Source: Veleropilina oligotropha (Eukaryota). Taken from it: a stretch of DNA of 64,000 nucleotides. Shown piece by piece: positions 40,651-54,000 of this stretch. A model generated the notes under the pieces. The model did no database searches. It saw only the letters and a list, made by a program, of their open reading frames with translations, and was not told the DNA's origin. Both the position numbers and the translations under genes were made by a program. Location: the NCBI GenBank assembly GCA_048128005.1, contig JBEUKZ010000137.1, positions 248,001 to 312,000 of the forward strand, in the 5' to 3' direction. Every line of letters starts with the position of its first letter. Positions within the stretch are counted from its first letter, which is position 1.

Positions 40651-42445
40651 AAATTTACCATTTTGACAATAGGGTGAAGGATAGCCATAAATGTATGGAT
40701 ATTTTTATCATAAAATACTATATTCTGCATAATGCAGATATCTTTTAAAGCATTGGTTGTCCAGATAATATGTCTCAATGACATTGTGATGTCGCCAGAA
40801 CGTTCGGACTATTAGTATTACTAAGCAAAGAATCTTCTTGTTGCGTGGCTCACAGTCACCGTTACTTTATACAATGTCTAACAGAGTGGGTTTATGTGTT
40901 GGTCGAACACACGATGGCAACATTGCATGAACAATGATAATGCATATTGGGACCGATTCATACCTCTACCTCTTGTTAACAACTGGTTACCCGCCATTTG
41001 CATTCAAGATTTTCATGAGGAATTGGTATGTAACAAGATACGTTCATCGCCTGCAAAAAGTAACCACTTATCCGAATGTTGTGGTTTGGTCTGGTATTTG
41101 ATCAATGTCCTGTTTTAACAACTTTCACGTTCGGAACTTTTCTCCGCAATAACATGGACAAGTCTTTGTATCTGACCCTAAATGGAACATTAAACATTGC
41201 TCGATCAAAGAGAAATAAACAACAATGGTTAACATTCAACATTTATTACTAACAATTAAATTAACATTATGGAACTCAAATTTAAAAGATAATTTATCAT
41301 TCCGTAAAACTTACAAAAACAGGAGGTTCAAATATGAATTATTATAACACCACAAAAGGATTTATATGAATAGCATAAAGCAAATAATCAGTTTTTATCG
41401 TTTACTTTCTGAATATATACAATTGCGATGTCTGATGATGTAGTTAAATTAATAAGAACTGAGCTAACAAATTGCACAATATTGTTACATAACTGGGTAT
41501 TTTATCCATTCTGATTGTCCAAATGTTGGTCAAACAGCATTGGTTATGTTCGCAGCTTGCCAGGGCATTATAACAAATCTGTAGACTTCAAGTCAATATA
41601 ACGAATCTGTTGACCTACTCCACACATGCCTAATCCATGTTAGCAGGGATTTCTTTAAGTCATATAGCAATACAGTATAATAATATTAATTTGTTCTAGT
41701 GAATATAATCATTATGATTTATCCAACTCTGAAAGTGATATCACTTTTCTTTGTGCATAAAACAATTTTATTTACTGAAACAACAGTCAACAATTGTATA
41801 ATACAGTTATTTTCAGAAAAAAAATTCTCATCAAAAAGTGTTTTTGCTAATGAAAAATTTACAACTGCATTTGATACAATGCTGTGAAGTATTTTTATTT
41901 TCGATTCTAGTTAACAACTCTTGTTGTCTACACCAATTTCTGAATTTGAAGGCATTGTTCGTTTGTAGTTTCAGCTATTCTGTCCAATGTGTAATGCTGC
42001 TTGCTGCTTGCAAATTCCTTGATTTCATTCAATAAATGTGACAATATTGTCAGACGAGCGACACCTTAGTCAATCGTATACCACATGACATTGAACTGTG
42101 AAGTGATATCCCAGTCCAAAACAACAATTTCACTCAGTAATTTTATTAACTTATATTCATTAGAGCTGCCAGAGTGGCATCAATAAATATATAATACCAA
42201 AGAGTGGCCTGCATAAGCACACATCGAAAATTGAAACCAAAATATATGTGTTCAAAAACAAAAATATCATGCATTAATCATATTATATCCTAGCCAAATT
42301 TAAAGCATATATATGCCAAACAATGCCTTGAGCAACCCATATAACTTCAATGCAAAATCAAAATATTAATTATGGTCGGTAAAGAAACAATATGCCTTTT
42401 CGACTTACGCACAGGCCATAAACATGATTCTCTGTCAAATAGTAG

Positions 42446-42700
42446 TGGCCGCTTCGGCAGCGCAGTGGGTAAGAGTGTCCACTCTAAATTCACTGGCTTG
42501 ATTCCGCTAATGCGAAGAGTAGTGGGTTCAATACTTGGCTGAGGCATTGACATTTGTTCAAGTTATGAATCACAGTTGTCTGCGATTGGCCGAAGAGGGC
42601 GGGTTTACCCGGGCGACCGGGTTTCCTCCCGCGATAACACGGACATGTCCTGCCTTGAACCTCGATGTTGTAAATATACAGGACATTACGCATCATTCCT
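42446..42700 (+). mobile_element. Near full-length tRNA-derived SINE (V-SINE-like core), probably within the PHTF 3' UTR
   Basis: GGCCGCTTCGGCAGCGCAGTGGGTAAG A-box-like head, GGGTTCAATAC B-box, GGCGGGTTTACCCGGGCGACCGGGTTTCCTCCC core. Confidence 0.7.
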
Positions 42701-43417
42701 CCTTCAAATAGTAGTAAGGGAGACTACCCTAATCTGTCATCCATAGATGGATTATATCTATTAGAACATCGATGTTGATAGTATGTATTGATGCATTCAT
42801 ATACTGGCCAAAGGAAATAGTCTTAGATTCAAACAGTGTCCGAGACCATAAATATTTACTTAATTACGTACATGTACAAATATAACACCAAGGGACAATA
42901 AATTCATAATAGGACCTGTGGTGTGGCAGCCCGATTTTATCTATACCAATCACCAACATTACGTAGTTCTTTGATCTGATCCTCAAGAAATATACTATGC
43001 AAATTTCGAAGCGGAATCTCATACACATCCTGTCAATTCCAGCATAATACATAAATACTACCGTACACTATGGAATGAATTTAATCATCCTATTATCTAT
43101 ACGCGTCTAGTATTTGTTACAATGTTATGACGACAAACAAAATAATCACACAAAATAACATAAACACCCCTTATAACTTTGGTACATATAAAATGTATAT
43201 AAATACTTTAAATACATACAAACAAATGCACAATACAGTACATCCACGCAAAATATACCCATGCTTAAAATTTACAAAAGTCGCCATTTATTTTTTAATG
43301 CACAAAGAACGCGGGAACACGATTACCCTTAGAAACACAAGACTAGACAATAATGAAATAAAGAATAAAAAACATACAAAATGTTGAGTACATGCTCCTT
43401 GGTCTTTTGTACAGGCG

Positions 43418-43570
43418 TCAGCCTTTGAAGTTTATCTTGTAGAGTTTCAATTTGAAACCAAGGAGCTCCGTTAGGACTGCGGAAAACGCAGACAGCACCA
43501 CAACCTTTGTTACGTTGTAGACGAAGGGATTCGCCGGCACACCGGAGATTTTGAATGGGCTTTCAAGTTC
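43418..43570 (-). CDS. PHTF: PHTF-family last coding exon
   Basis: ELESPFKISGVPANPFVYNVTKVVVLSAFSAVLTELLGFKLKLYKINFKG-stop (51 codons); ttttgcag acceptor; matches the PHTF C-terminus. Confidence 0.93.
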   Translation of the reverse strand, partial: ELESPFKISGVPANPFVYNVTKVVVLSAFSAVLTELLGFKLKLYKINFKG

Positions 43571-43893
43571 CTGCAAAAGAAACGAACAAATCTTAATTGG
43601 AATTTGTACACAATAATACTTTTGATATGTATCTGATTTTTACACGGGAATAATAGATTAAATAACTGAGATGAAAACAGAAAAGGAAAAGATCGATGCT
43701 TAATGTCCTGTATATTTCCAACCATTCGGTTCATAGCAAGACATTTCGATATTATCACGGGTGGAAAGCCTGGTCGCCCACGAAAACCCACCCTCTCCGA
43801 TCAGCTACGGACAACTGTGATTCATAACTTGAACAAATAATGTCATGTCCCAACCGAGGTTCGAACCCACTACTGTTCGTGTTAGCGGAATCA

Positions 43894-44073
<180 letters not shown>

Positions 44074-46606
44074 TTAATCTGAATGTTATAAATTAATCTG
44101 AAAGAAATAATGTTATCTGAAAGAATGTTATAAATTAATCTGAAAGAATGCAATACAATCAAGGGGACAACGATGAGTCGCTTCAGAATTAAGTTGAAAC
44201 AAGTGCTATCGATATAGCGGTATCATATGCAGCCTTGGTACAGTGGTAGATGCACTGGCCTCTCACTCGAGAGGTTTGGGGTTCAACCCCGATCCCGGCG
44301 TCTTCCCTTGACCAAGGAATTAAAGCATATATTGCCTCGGTTCACCCAGCCGATCTGAGATCTGAGTGGGTACCTGGTTGGCAGTGAGGGAAATTGTCAG
44401 TATGTAAGTCACGGCGCTACCCGCGTGTAAATGACTGTAATGCTCCCAGAGGGAGTTGAGATGGCATGAGATAGAATCTCGAACAGAACAGGCCGTTAAC
44501 CAGGGAATAATAATGTAGCGCTTTGAGCAAGCATTCGTGCATGAAAAGGCGCAATATAAATATCCACATTATTATTATTATTATTATCCCCCGCAGTAAA
44601 GCATTTTGTCAATATATGCAAGAAATAGATTTAGTACAATGTTTTGATGGTATGGAGATTTTTGATCGAAATTGGTCTTTAATCCCTAGATCTATCAACC
44701 AGCATTTTCATGTACAAAATATATATTTAGAAGCACACATGCACTAATTGAATAACTTTGTCCAAACTTGCAAATGTAACACATTATTTGTGTTAAATTA
44801 ATCAAAATTTCTATGTCTAAATACACAAATTTAACACAGTTTTGTGTTAAAGTGAATGCAACATCATTGCCATAGCAGCATGTAGCATCACAAAGTCAAC
44901 TCATTGCAAAAATTTAACCAGAAACTTTAAATAAAATTTCACAGAATATTTAAATTAAACTAGATAACAAGTGATGGGGTGCCATCACAGTGGGCCCCGC
45001 TCCACCAATATAACTCGATAAACATTCACATGTGAGCAATAATTGTTATATATGCAAAAATAGAAGGTAAATTTACATTGACCATTTGATGAAGCTTATG
45101 CTGTTGATACTCCAAAATCATTATGTACTGGATATTTCCAACATAAAAGCTATACATGATGATATTGCGTCACAAACTGTTACCTCTCTCACCTTGATGT
45201 ACCTGTAGTCAGAGACAGACATAAACTAAACATTAAATCATATGAAAAATGAACTATTTAATACCAAATGTAAGCTTTAACCAAACACCTTAACCAAGAT
45301 ATTTTATGCAAAATTCCCTCCAATATCCATTAAACATGTCAAATTCCTTTCAATAATACCACTACAGCATGTAGGAACATTCCCTTGTTCCTTTATTAGC
45401 ATACATATAGAGCTAAGTTTGTTAACAGAAACGTTAACCTGAACCTTAACCAAATATGCAACGGAGCAGAAGCTTTAACCTGGCACATTACATTAACCAA
45501 GTCATTTTCTATTAAATATTCTGAAAAAAATAAAATTTACAAATATCTTTAATGAAATTGCATCTACTAGTGATATCCAAGCATTTAACTTTGTCAAAAC
45601 ATCAAATCTGGCATCAAAACCAGGAAAAATGCTTCAAGTAGAAGATTTAACCTGGTACCTTAACCATAAAATTTTCAAGTAAATTCCTTCAATATCAACA
45701 CTACAGTTTCAGGAACGATTCATAATCGTGATCTTCAAACAAACCTTTGACAAAAAAGTGTCTTTATCAAACAAAGAATATGAAAATATGAAGTATTAGC
45801 ACCAAATGGAAGCTTTAACCAAACACCTTAACCAAGACTTTTAGAGCTTAATTCCCTTCAATGTCCATTAAACATGTCAAATTCCTTAAACTAATGCCAC
45901 TACAGCATGTAGGAACATTCTCTTGTTCATTTATTGCCATACATTCAGGGCAAAGTGTGTTAACAGAAGTGTTAACCTGAACCTTAACCAAATCTGCGAC
46001 GGACGGACGGAAGGATGGAAAAGGTGATCACTATAGGGCCGCCTTGCGGGGCCATAATTATTTATTTGGTTTGCTTTGAATTTATTTCAAATATTAGCTG
46101 ATAATTTGAACCCTGACCAGTTGAACAGAGTAATATTGGACACTGTATACAGTCTGCTCTTGTATAATGACAACAAATACTGCCATTTCAATAAACCATT
46201 GAAATGAACCAATGGGAAGCCAGATTTCAAAATCAGTTTAATTGCGATTTTGATAATTCCATCTTCACAGAGTGACCATTAAGCTTAACAGCTTACTATG
46301 CCTATTGGCAGTGAGCAAGTCTTACAGATAAGCACATGTCCCTTTCATCATACACACATAAAATTTAGATGAATAAACAAAAGAAATTTACTAATTCTTA
46401 TATTTGCGTAGCTACTTGATAACGTCTGCAAACAAAAAATTGAATGATATCATTGAAAATGAACAGCCTTCTTCCTTGTCATAAGATTCACCTACCAAGC
46501 AACTTTCATATTTAAAGATACTTAGTGATATATTTCTTGAGTTATAGTGCAGAAACAAAGATTTATTATAATACTTTATTACACTTTGTCAACATTTTGG
46601 CACATG

Positions 46607-46866
46607 AAACTTTAACCTGGGACCTTAATGAGAAGATTGGGCAAACAAAACTTTAACCTGGGACCTTAATGTGAAGATTGGGCAAACAAAACTTTAACCT
46701 GGGACCTTAATGTGACAAACAAAACTTTAACCTGGGACCTTAATGTGAAGATTGGGCAAACAAAACTTTAACCTGGGACTTTAATGTGAAGATTGGACAA
46801 ACAAAACTTTAACCTGGGACCTTAATGTGAAGATTGAGCAAATTAAACATTAACTTGGGACCTTCA
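46607..46866. repeat. About 6 x 41-bp minisatellite
   Basis: AAACTTTAACCTGGGACCTTAATGTGAAGATTGGGCAAACA. Confidence 0.9.
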
Positions 46867-47364
46867 CTGACCATGGGATACAGTTTACTCTTGATCGGCA
46901 TAATATCATGATGAAAGAACCTGTTGGATATTCCAAACAGGGAAGCTATATACAAGTATAAAGCCTCACAAACTGTCACCTTAAGTTTCACTGCTTACTG
47001 TGCCTGTAGTATACACTACAAGCCTAGAGCAAGGCTGACAAAGAGACAAGTGGTCGAAATTCAATAAAGTTATATTTCCTTTTAAAATAATAATAAAATA
47101 AAAAAAATATAACAAAACTTTCATCTATATTTCTAGGTATATGCCAAAAATGCCCTTAAGCAAGCCATATAAAGTCAATGAAAAACTTTAACCGGAAATT
47201 GTAACCAGAATTTCTATGTTAAAAAACCCCACTTTATTTGCATTAATTAAATAAAATTTTATTCAATATCACTGCTAGAGTATCAGGCAACATCCATATA
47301 TTCAATACCAAAGCATATATATGCCAAAAAGTTCCTTGAGCAATCCATATACACCCAATGAATA

Positions 47365-49627
47365 AACAAGAACCACGGTCCGATATGTCTCGCCCTTTAG
47401 ATATATATATCAATGTATCAGAAAATACCATTCAATGAAAAACTTTAACCGAAAAAACTTTAACCGAAAATGACACGACGCCGACGACGTCCATGTTATT
47501 CCATGTTACTGGCAGAGTATCAGGTGACATCCATACAACCAATAACAAAGCATATATGCGCCAAAAAGTGCCTTGAGCAAGCCATATACACTTGATGAAA
47601 AACTTTAACCATAAAACTTTAACCTAAAGTTCACCTAAATTTCTATGTCCCAAAAGAACACCATATTTCCATTAATTATAATAAAATTTATTCCATATTA
47701 CTACCAGAGTATCAGGTGACATCCATACAACCAATAACAAAGCATATATATGCCAAAAAGTGCCTTGAGCAAGCCATATACACTTGATTAAATACTTGAG
47801 CCTAAAGTTCACCTAAATTTCTATGTTAAAAAAGACCACCATATTTCCATTAATTATAATAAAAAATATTCAATATCACTGCCAGAGTATCAGGTGACAT
47901 CCATACAACCAATAACAAATCTTATATATGCCAAAAAGTACCTTGAGCAAGCCATATATACTTGATGAAAAACTTTAACCGAAAACTTTAACCTAAAATT
48001 TGCTTAAATTTCTAAAAAATTTCTTACATTTCTAAAAATTTGCTTAAATTTCTATGTCCCAAAAGACCAATATATTTCCATTAATTCTATTAAAATTTAT
48101 TCAATATCACTTCCAGAGTATCAGGTGACATCCATACAACCAATAACAAAGCTTATATATGCCAAAAAGTGCCTTGAGCAAGCCATATACAGTTGATGAA
48201 AAACTTTAACCGAAAACTTTAACCTAAAATTTCTATGTCCCAAAAGACCACTATATTTCCATTAATTATATTAAAATTTATTCAATATCACTGCCAGAGT
48301 ATCAGGTGACATCCATACAACCAATAACAAAGCTTATATATGCCAAAAAGTGCCTTGAGCAAGCCATATACAGTTGATGAAAAACTTTAACCGAAAACGT
48401 TAACCTAAAATTTGCTTAAATTTCTATGTCCCAAAAGACCACTATATTTCCATTAATTATATTAAAATTTATTCAATATCGCTGCCAGAGTATCAGGTGA
48501 CATCCATAAAACCAATAACAAATCTTATATATGCCAAAAAGTGCCTTGAGCAAGCCATATACACTTGATGAAAAACTTTAACCGAAAACTTTAACCTAAA
48601 ATTTGCTTAAATTTCTATGTCCCAAAAGACCAATATATTTCCATTAACTATATTAAAATGTATTCAATATCACTGCCAGAGTATCAGGTGACATCCATAC
48701 AACCAATAACAAAGCTTATATATGCCAAAAAGTGCCTTGAGCAAGCCATATACAGTTGATGAAAAACTTTAACCGAAAACTTTAACCTAAAATTTGCTTA
48801 AATTTCTATGTCCCAAAAGACCACTATATTTCCATTAATTATATTAAAATTTATTCAATATCACTGCCAGAGGATCAGGTGACATCCATACAACCAATAA
48901 CAAAGCTTATATATGCCAAAACGTGCCTTGAGCAAGCCATATACACTTGATGAAAAACTTTAACCGAAAACTTTAACCTAAAATTTGCTTAAATTTCTAT
49001 GTCCCAAAAGACCACTATATTTCCATTAATTATATTAAAATTTATTCAATATCGCTGCCAGAGTATCAGGTGACATCCATAAAACCAATAACAAAGCTTA
49101 TATATGCCAAAAAGTGCCTTGAGCAAGCCATATACACTTGATGAAAAACTTTAACCGAAAACTTTAACCTAAAATTTGCTTAAATTTCTATGTCCCAAAA
49201 GACCACTATATTTCCATTAATTATATTAAAATTTATTCAACATCACTGCCAGAGTATCAGGTGACATCCATACAACCAATAACAAAGCTTATATATGCCA
49301 AAAAGAGCCTTGAGCAAGCCATATACACTTGATGAAAAACTTTAACCGAAAACTTTAACCTAAAATTTGCTTAAATTTCTATGTCCCAAAACACCAATTT
49401 CATGCATTATTTATATAAAATTCCATTCAATAACAGTTCCCGAGTATCAGGTGTTGTCCATATAACCAGTACCAATGCATATGTATGCATAAAAGTGCCT
49501 TTAGCAACCCATACACATGCAATGAAAAACTTTAACCCAAAATTACACGACGCCGACGACGCAGACGACGACGACGCCGGAAAATGTAATCCCTAAGTCT
49601 CGCTTTCCCTTCGGGGCGAGACAAAAA
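47365..49627 (+). mobile_element. Helentron/pearl-like element with about 10-11 x 191-bp tandem units
   Basis: GAGTATCAGGTGACATCC at 48297, 48488, 48679, 48870, 49061, 49252; AACAAG start, sub-terminal GTCTCGC, (GAC)n and GTCTCGC...GCGAGAC hairpin then AAAA. Confidence 0.85.
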
Positions 49628-51327
49628 GTAACCGGACTATCATCTCACGGCATAATAATAATCAATAAAACTGTCAGAATAGCAGGTAACAACTATATAT
49701 AGCATACACCAATGGATATGTTAGCAAAAAAGTGCCTTTATCAACCAATAGGAAAATGTAAAAAACTTTAACTGAAATTTTTTTTAATTAAATTTCAAAG
49801 TCAAAATACAGCAACTTCACAAATGATTTCTGTTAAATGTTATTAAATATCACTTACAGGCTAGCAGGTAGCATCAATATAACCAACACCAAAGCAAATG
49901 CATCCAAAAAAGTGCCTAAATAAATCTATATGCAATCATTGAAAAACTTTAACCAAAATAATTTAACTAAATTTTCTATATGAAAAACACCAATTTCACA
50001 AATTATTATGATTTATATTAAACTTTGTTTAATATCGCTGCCAGGCTAGCATGTAGCATCAATATAAACACCAACAAATCATACATATGTTAAAACGAGA
50101 CATAAGCAAACTATAAGCACTCTTTAAAAAAATTTAACCGAATAATTTTAACTAAATTTCATGCAATATTTATATAAAATTATAATATATATCACTGCCA
50201 GAGTATCAGATCAAGTCCATAAAATCATTACTAAAGCATATGTATGCCAAAATGCGCCATGAGAAACCGATATACATTCAATGAAAAACTTTAACCGTAA
50301 ACTTTAACTGAAAATTGTCTATGTTCAAAGTGCTATTTTTTCACAAAATAAATAAAAAATCTTTTTGTTTTTTGGTTCCAACTATAGGCTAAACATGTCT
50401 ACTTGTCATCTGAATACGTTTTATTGAGTTATTCATCCATTAAATGCATGTAATACCTCAACCAAAAGTGTGACCGGACGGATGGACGGATGCTATCCCT
50501 ATATCCCCCTTCGGCTTTTTCCTTCGGAAGCCGCGGGGGATAACAAGAGGCCTATTGACCTATATAGCTCTGCTGGAAAGGGTTCATCAATATAGTCAAA
50601 CAATTAGAAATTTGGGCAGCACGTATGGATAAAATAGGCATATACAGTGACTGCTGGCATGCTTCTAAATATAGAACATTTTTAAGGGAATATCTAATCC
50701 ACAACTAGAAATTTGAGCAGCACTTCGGTCTTCCCCATGTAATAGTATACCGATATGCAGGCTTAAGCTGTCTTGACAAAGTCCAAATACCGAATTTCAG
50801 CAAAACTCAGATGTACATTTTTCTAATATTCACAGGATAAGTTAAACATATCATAAGGAAGGCTCATGCCAATTAACAAAATAAAATTATCAGACAGTTA
50901 TTCACATTTGAAGTGAAATCTTGATGCAGAGGTGGATTTTCTAAGTCCAAAATGTAAATTTCAGGAAAACAGGGATGTAGAATTTTCTAATATTTTCAGG
51001 ATATATTCAGAACATCATCATAAGGAAGGCTCATGCCAAAGTAGAAAACAAGTTATCACACAGTTTTGAAGATATTCACATTTAAAGTCAAAAGTTGACG
51101 ACGACGGACGGACGTACGCCGGACAAAGCGGTATCAGTAAAGCTCCTCTGACTACGTCATAGCGGAGCTAAAAACTGTTAAATTCAGACTCACCACATAT
51201 CTAGGGCATCCAGGTTTGGATCATTAATCATTATCCCATTGTATAACACCCATCACTGTTACCCACTCAGTCCCTGGGGTAAACTTCAAATTGAATTGTT
51301 TTCAAGTGTCAAGAGTTGCTAAATACC

Positions 51328-51539
51328 TACTGTAAAACCCCATATTTTAGCGTGCCTTTTATTTTCACGAGTTTTGCGTACCTAATATTATTGCGAAAAT
51401 AAAAGGCCACGAAATATTATATGGAATAAAGCTCAACTAACATATGGATTAAAAATCACAAATTTACAAGGCCGCTAATCTACAGGTATATGAGAAATCG
51501 TTAAATTTTAGGGCCGCTAACATATTGGGGTTTTCAGTA
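51328..51539. mobile_element. TA-flanked MITE (Tc1/mariner-type ends)
   Basis: TACTGTAAAACCCCATATTTTAGCG versus CGCTAACATATTGGGGTTTTCAGTA. Confidence 0.7.
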
Positions 51540-52024
51540 TGCCCTAGCTAGTTTGTATCAGATTGGATCTATGCTTCATGCCCTTTAAAGGCCGCTTCGA
51601 AAACCGCGAGGGTTCGGTTGCACACAGTTGTCCGTAACTGGTCGGAGATGGCGGGTTTTCCCGGGCGACCAGGCTTTTCTCCCGCGATAATATGGACATT
51701 TGAACCAAATGATGGTTGGAAATATGCAGGACATTAAGCATCAATCCTTTCCTTTCCTTGCATGCCATTTAACCATCAGGGTCACACCAGGGCATATCCA
51801 TATTATCGCGGGAGGAAAAAAATGTCGTTGGGGGAAAACACTGCCAGTCACATGCAGTTGTTCATAGGTGACGTTGATACAAACCACATGGAGTAGTCGG
51901 GTTGCACAGTAGCTCACAATACACTATCATTGGTAGATTATGGACATCGAGGCCATATTACGCAGACGTATCCTTAAGTTAGTTCTTCATATAGTCATCA
52001 CACCATAGAAATAACCCTGTCTGT

Positions 52025-52318
52025 CATATCAATATCAACATAGTGTCTATCAATATCTAGTGTCTATCAATATCAACCTAGTGTTTACCAATATCAAAAC
52101 AGTGTTTATCAATATCAACACAGTATCTATCAATATAAACACAGTGCATACCAATATCTACACAGTGTTTACCAATATCAACAAAGTGCCTATCAATATC
52201 TACACAGTATCTATCAATATAAACACAGTGCATAACAATATCTACACAGTGTTTACCTATATAAACACAGTGTATACCAATATCTACACAGTGTTTACCA
52301 ATATCAACACAATATCTA
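52025..52318. repeat. About 14 x 21-bp minisatellite just downstream of a PHTF donor
   Basis: CAATATCAACACAGTGTTTAC variants. Confidence 0.9.
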
Positions 52319-52352
52319 AAGAAAACGCTCAAGTAACGGGACATGATTTTAC

Positions 52353-52508
52353 CTGCTCCGTGATAAGGACGGACAGGTTCCGGTATTTCTTGTTGATCTT
52401 CAGGCCGAGCGTCATGAAGCGGAGGATGTAAACGCCGAGGGCCAGGCACCACGCCAGCAGCTCCCAGTTACAGAGGTAGTCTAGGAACTTCTCTGTGTCC
52501 TTGAGAAG
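52353..52508 (-). CDS. PHTF: PHTF-family exon
   Basis: LLKDTEKFLDYLCNWELLAWCLALGVYILRFMTLGLKINKKYRNLSVLITEQ (52 codons); tttcag / GTAAAA. Confidence 0.93.
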
Positions 52509-53876
52509 CTGAAAGCAGAGAGAGGTACAGAGTGAGAGGTCGTCAAAGAAAGTTTCAGCGTCCTCCAAGAGCTGTAAGTAGAGACGTACATAGGCATAGG
52601 TCCCGGCCTTCATGAGCTGAAAGCAGAGAGGTAAATAGTCAGAGGTCGCGGCCTTCAACTGCTGAAATCAGAAAGGTACAGAGTGAGAGGTCAAGAGCTG
52701 AAAACAGAGGTACAGAATCAGAGGTCGCAACATTCATGAGCTGAAACAGAGATGTACAGAGTCAGAGGTCATGACCTTCAAGAGCTGAAAACAGAGAGGT
52801 ACATAGTCAGATGTTGCGACCTTCAGGAGCTGAAAGCAGAGTGGTACATAGTCAGAGGAAGTCAAAAACCGTGTCGCTCATGAGCTGAAAGCAGAGAGGT
52901 ACATAGTTACCTGGTCAGAGAGGTACATAGTCAAAAACCTTCAAGGACAGAAAGCAGATAGGTACATACACAGAGGTCATCAAAGAACCATATTCATCAA
53001 GAGAGGTACACAGTTAGAGGTCACCCCAAAACTTATCCGCATCCTTCAAGAACTGAAAGCAAAGAGACACTGTACATATAGTTAGAGGTAGAAAAAGAAC
53101 TTGTCTATGTCCTTCAAGAGCTGAAAGGAAAGAGACACTGTACATATAGTTAGAGGTAGAAAAATAACTTGTCTATGTCCTTCAAGAGCTGAAAACAGAG
53201 AGACCTGTACATATAGTTAGAGGTAGAAAAATAACTTGTCTATGTCCTTCAAGAGCTGAAAACAGAGAGACATGTACATATAGTTAGAGGGTAGAAAAAG
53301 AACTGGTCTGTGTCCTGGAAGCGCTGAAACCAGTGAGACCTGTACATATAGTTAGCGGTAGAAAAAGAAATTGTCTATGTGTTTCAAGAGCTGAAAACAG
53401 AGAGACCTGTACATATAGTTAGAGGTAGAAAAAGAACTTGTCTATGTCCTTCAAGAGCTGAAAACAGAGAGACCTGTATATATAGTTAGAGGTAGAAAAA
53501 GAACTTGTCTATGTCCTTCAAGAGCTGAAAACAGACAGACCTGTACATATAGTTAGAGGTAGAAAAAGAACTTGTCTATGTCCTTCAAGATCTGAATACA
53601 GAAAGACCTGTACATATAGTTAGATGTAGAAAAAGAACTTGTCTATGTCCTTCAAGAGCTGAAAACAGAGAGACCTGTACATATAGTTAGAGGTAGAACA
53701 AAACTTGTCTATGTCCTTCAAGAGCTGAAAACAGAGAGACCTGTACATATAGTTAGAGGTAGAAAAAGAACTTGTCTATGTCCTTCAAGAGCTGAAAACA
53801 GAGAGACACTGTACATATAGTTAGAGGTAGAAAAAGAACTTGTCTATGTCCTTCAAGAGCTGAAAACAGAGAGACT
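52509..53876. repeat. Tandem array derived from a PHTF acceptor/exon junction (45-63 bp proximal units, 67-69 bp distal units)
   Basis: Minus-strand unit TCTCTGTTTTCAG|CTCTTGAAGGACATAGACAAGTTC resembles the true junction TCTCTGCTTTCAG|CTTCTCAAGGACACAGAGAAGTTC. Confidence 0.9.
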
Positions 53877-53877
53877 T

Positions 53878-54000
53878 GGGCCCAAGATTATAAAGGGCTG
53901 CTGAGTACGATCTCAGACTCAGGTGACTGTTTCGTACTCAAATCAATACTCTTGATCATTGCAGTCTGAGCTGAGTTTCATAGAGTCTTTATAATCACAG
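53878..54000. mobile_element. Small fold-back MITE capping the 67-bp array
   Basis: GATTATAAAG...CTCAGACT versus AGTCTGAG...CTTTATAATC inverted arms. Confidence 0.55.

Larger units (their letters stand above)
44198..50543 (+). mobile_element. Composite nest of Helentron/pearl-like elements in a PHTF intron
   Basis: Outer element AACAAG...GATATAGCGGTATC|SINE|CCCCGCAGTAAAGC... ends with (GGAC/GGAT)n and an ATCCCCC...GGGGGAT hairpin; an inverted copy of its 5' part lies at ~12640-13055; inner elements at 44966-46037 and 47365-49627. Confidence 0.7.

Noticed and set aside
40354..40784. Repeat proteins open on both strands (ISAPERLNAP / SRSGAEIRM)
   Set aside because: Expected from a stop-free 45-bp unit; 37-bp units break the frame and there is no coding evidence.
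42446..42545. tRNA gene
   Set aside because: A/B-box-like motifs but no cloverleaf; continues into the SINE body seen in several copies.
52060..52431. Asn/Ile/Thr-rich ORF
   Set aside because: Translation of the 21-bp minisatellite, antisense to PHTF.
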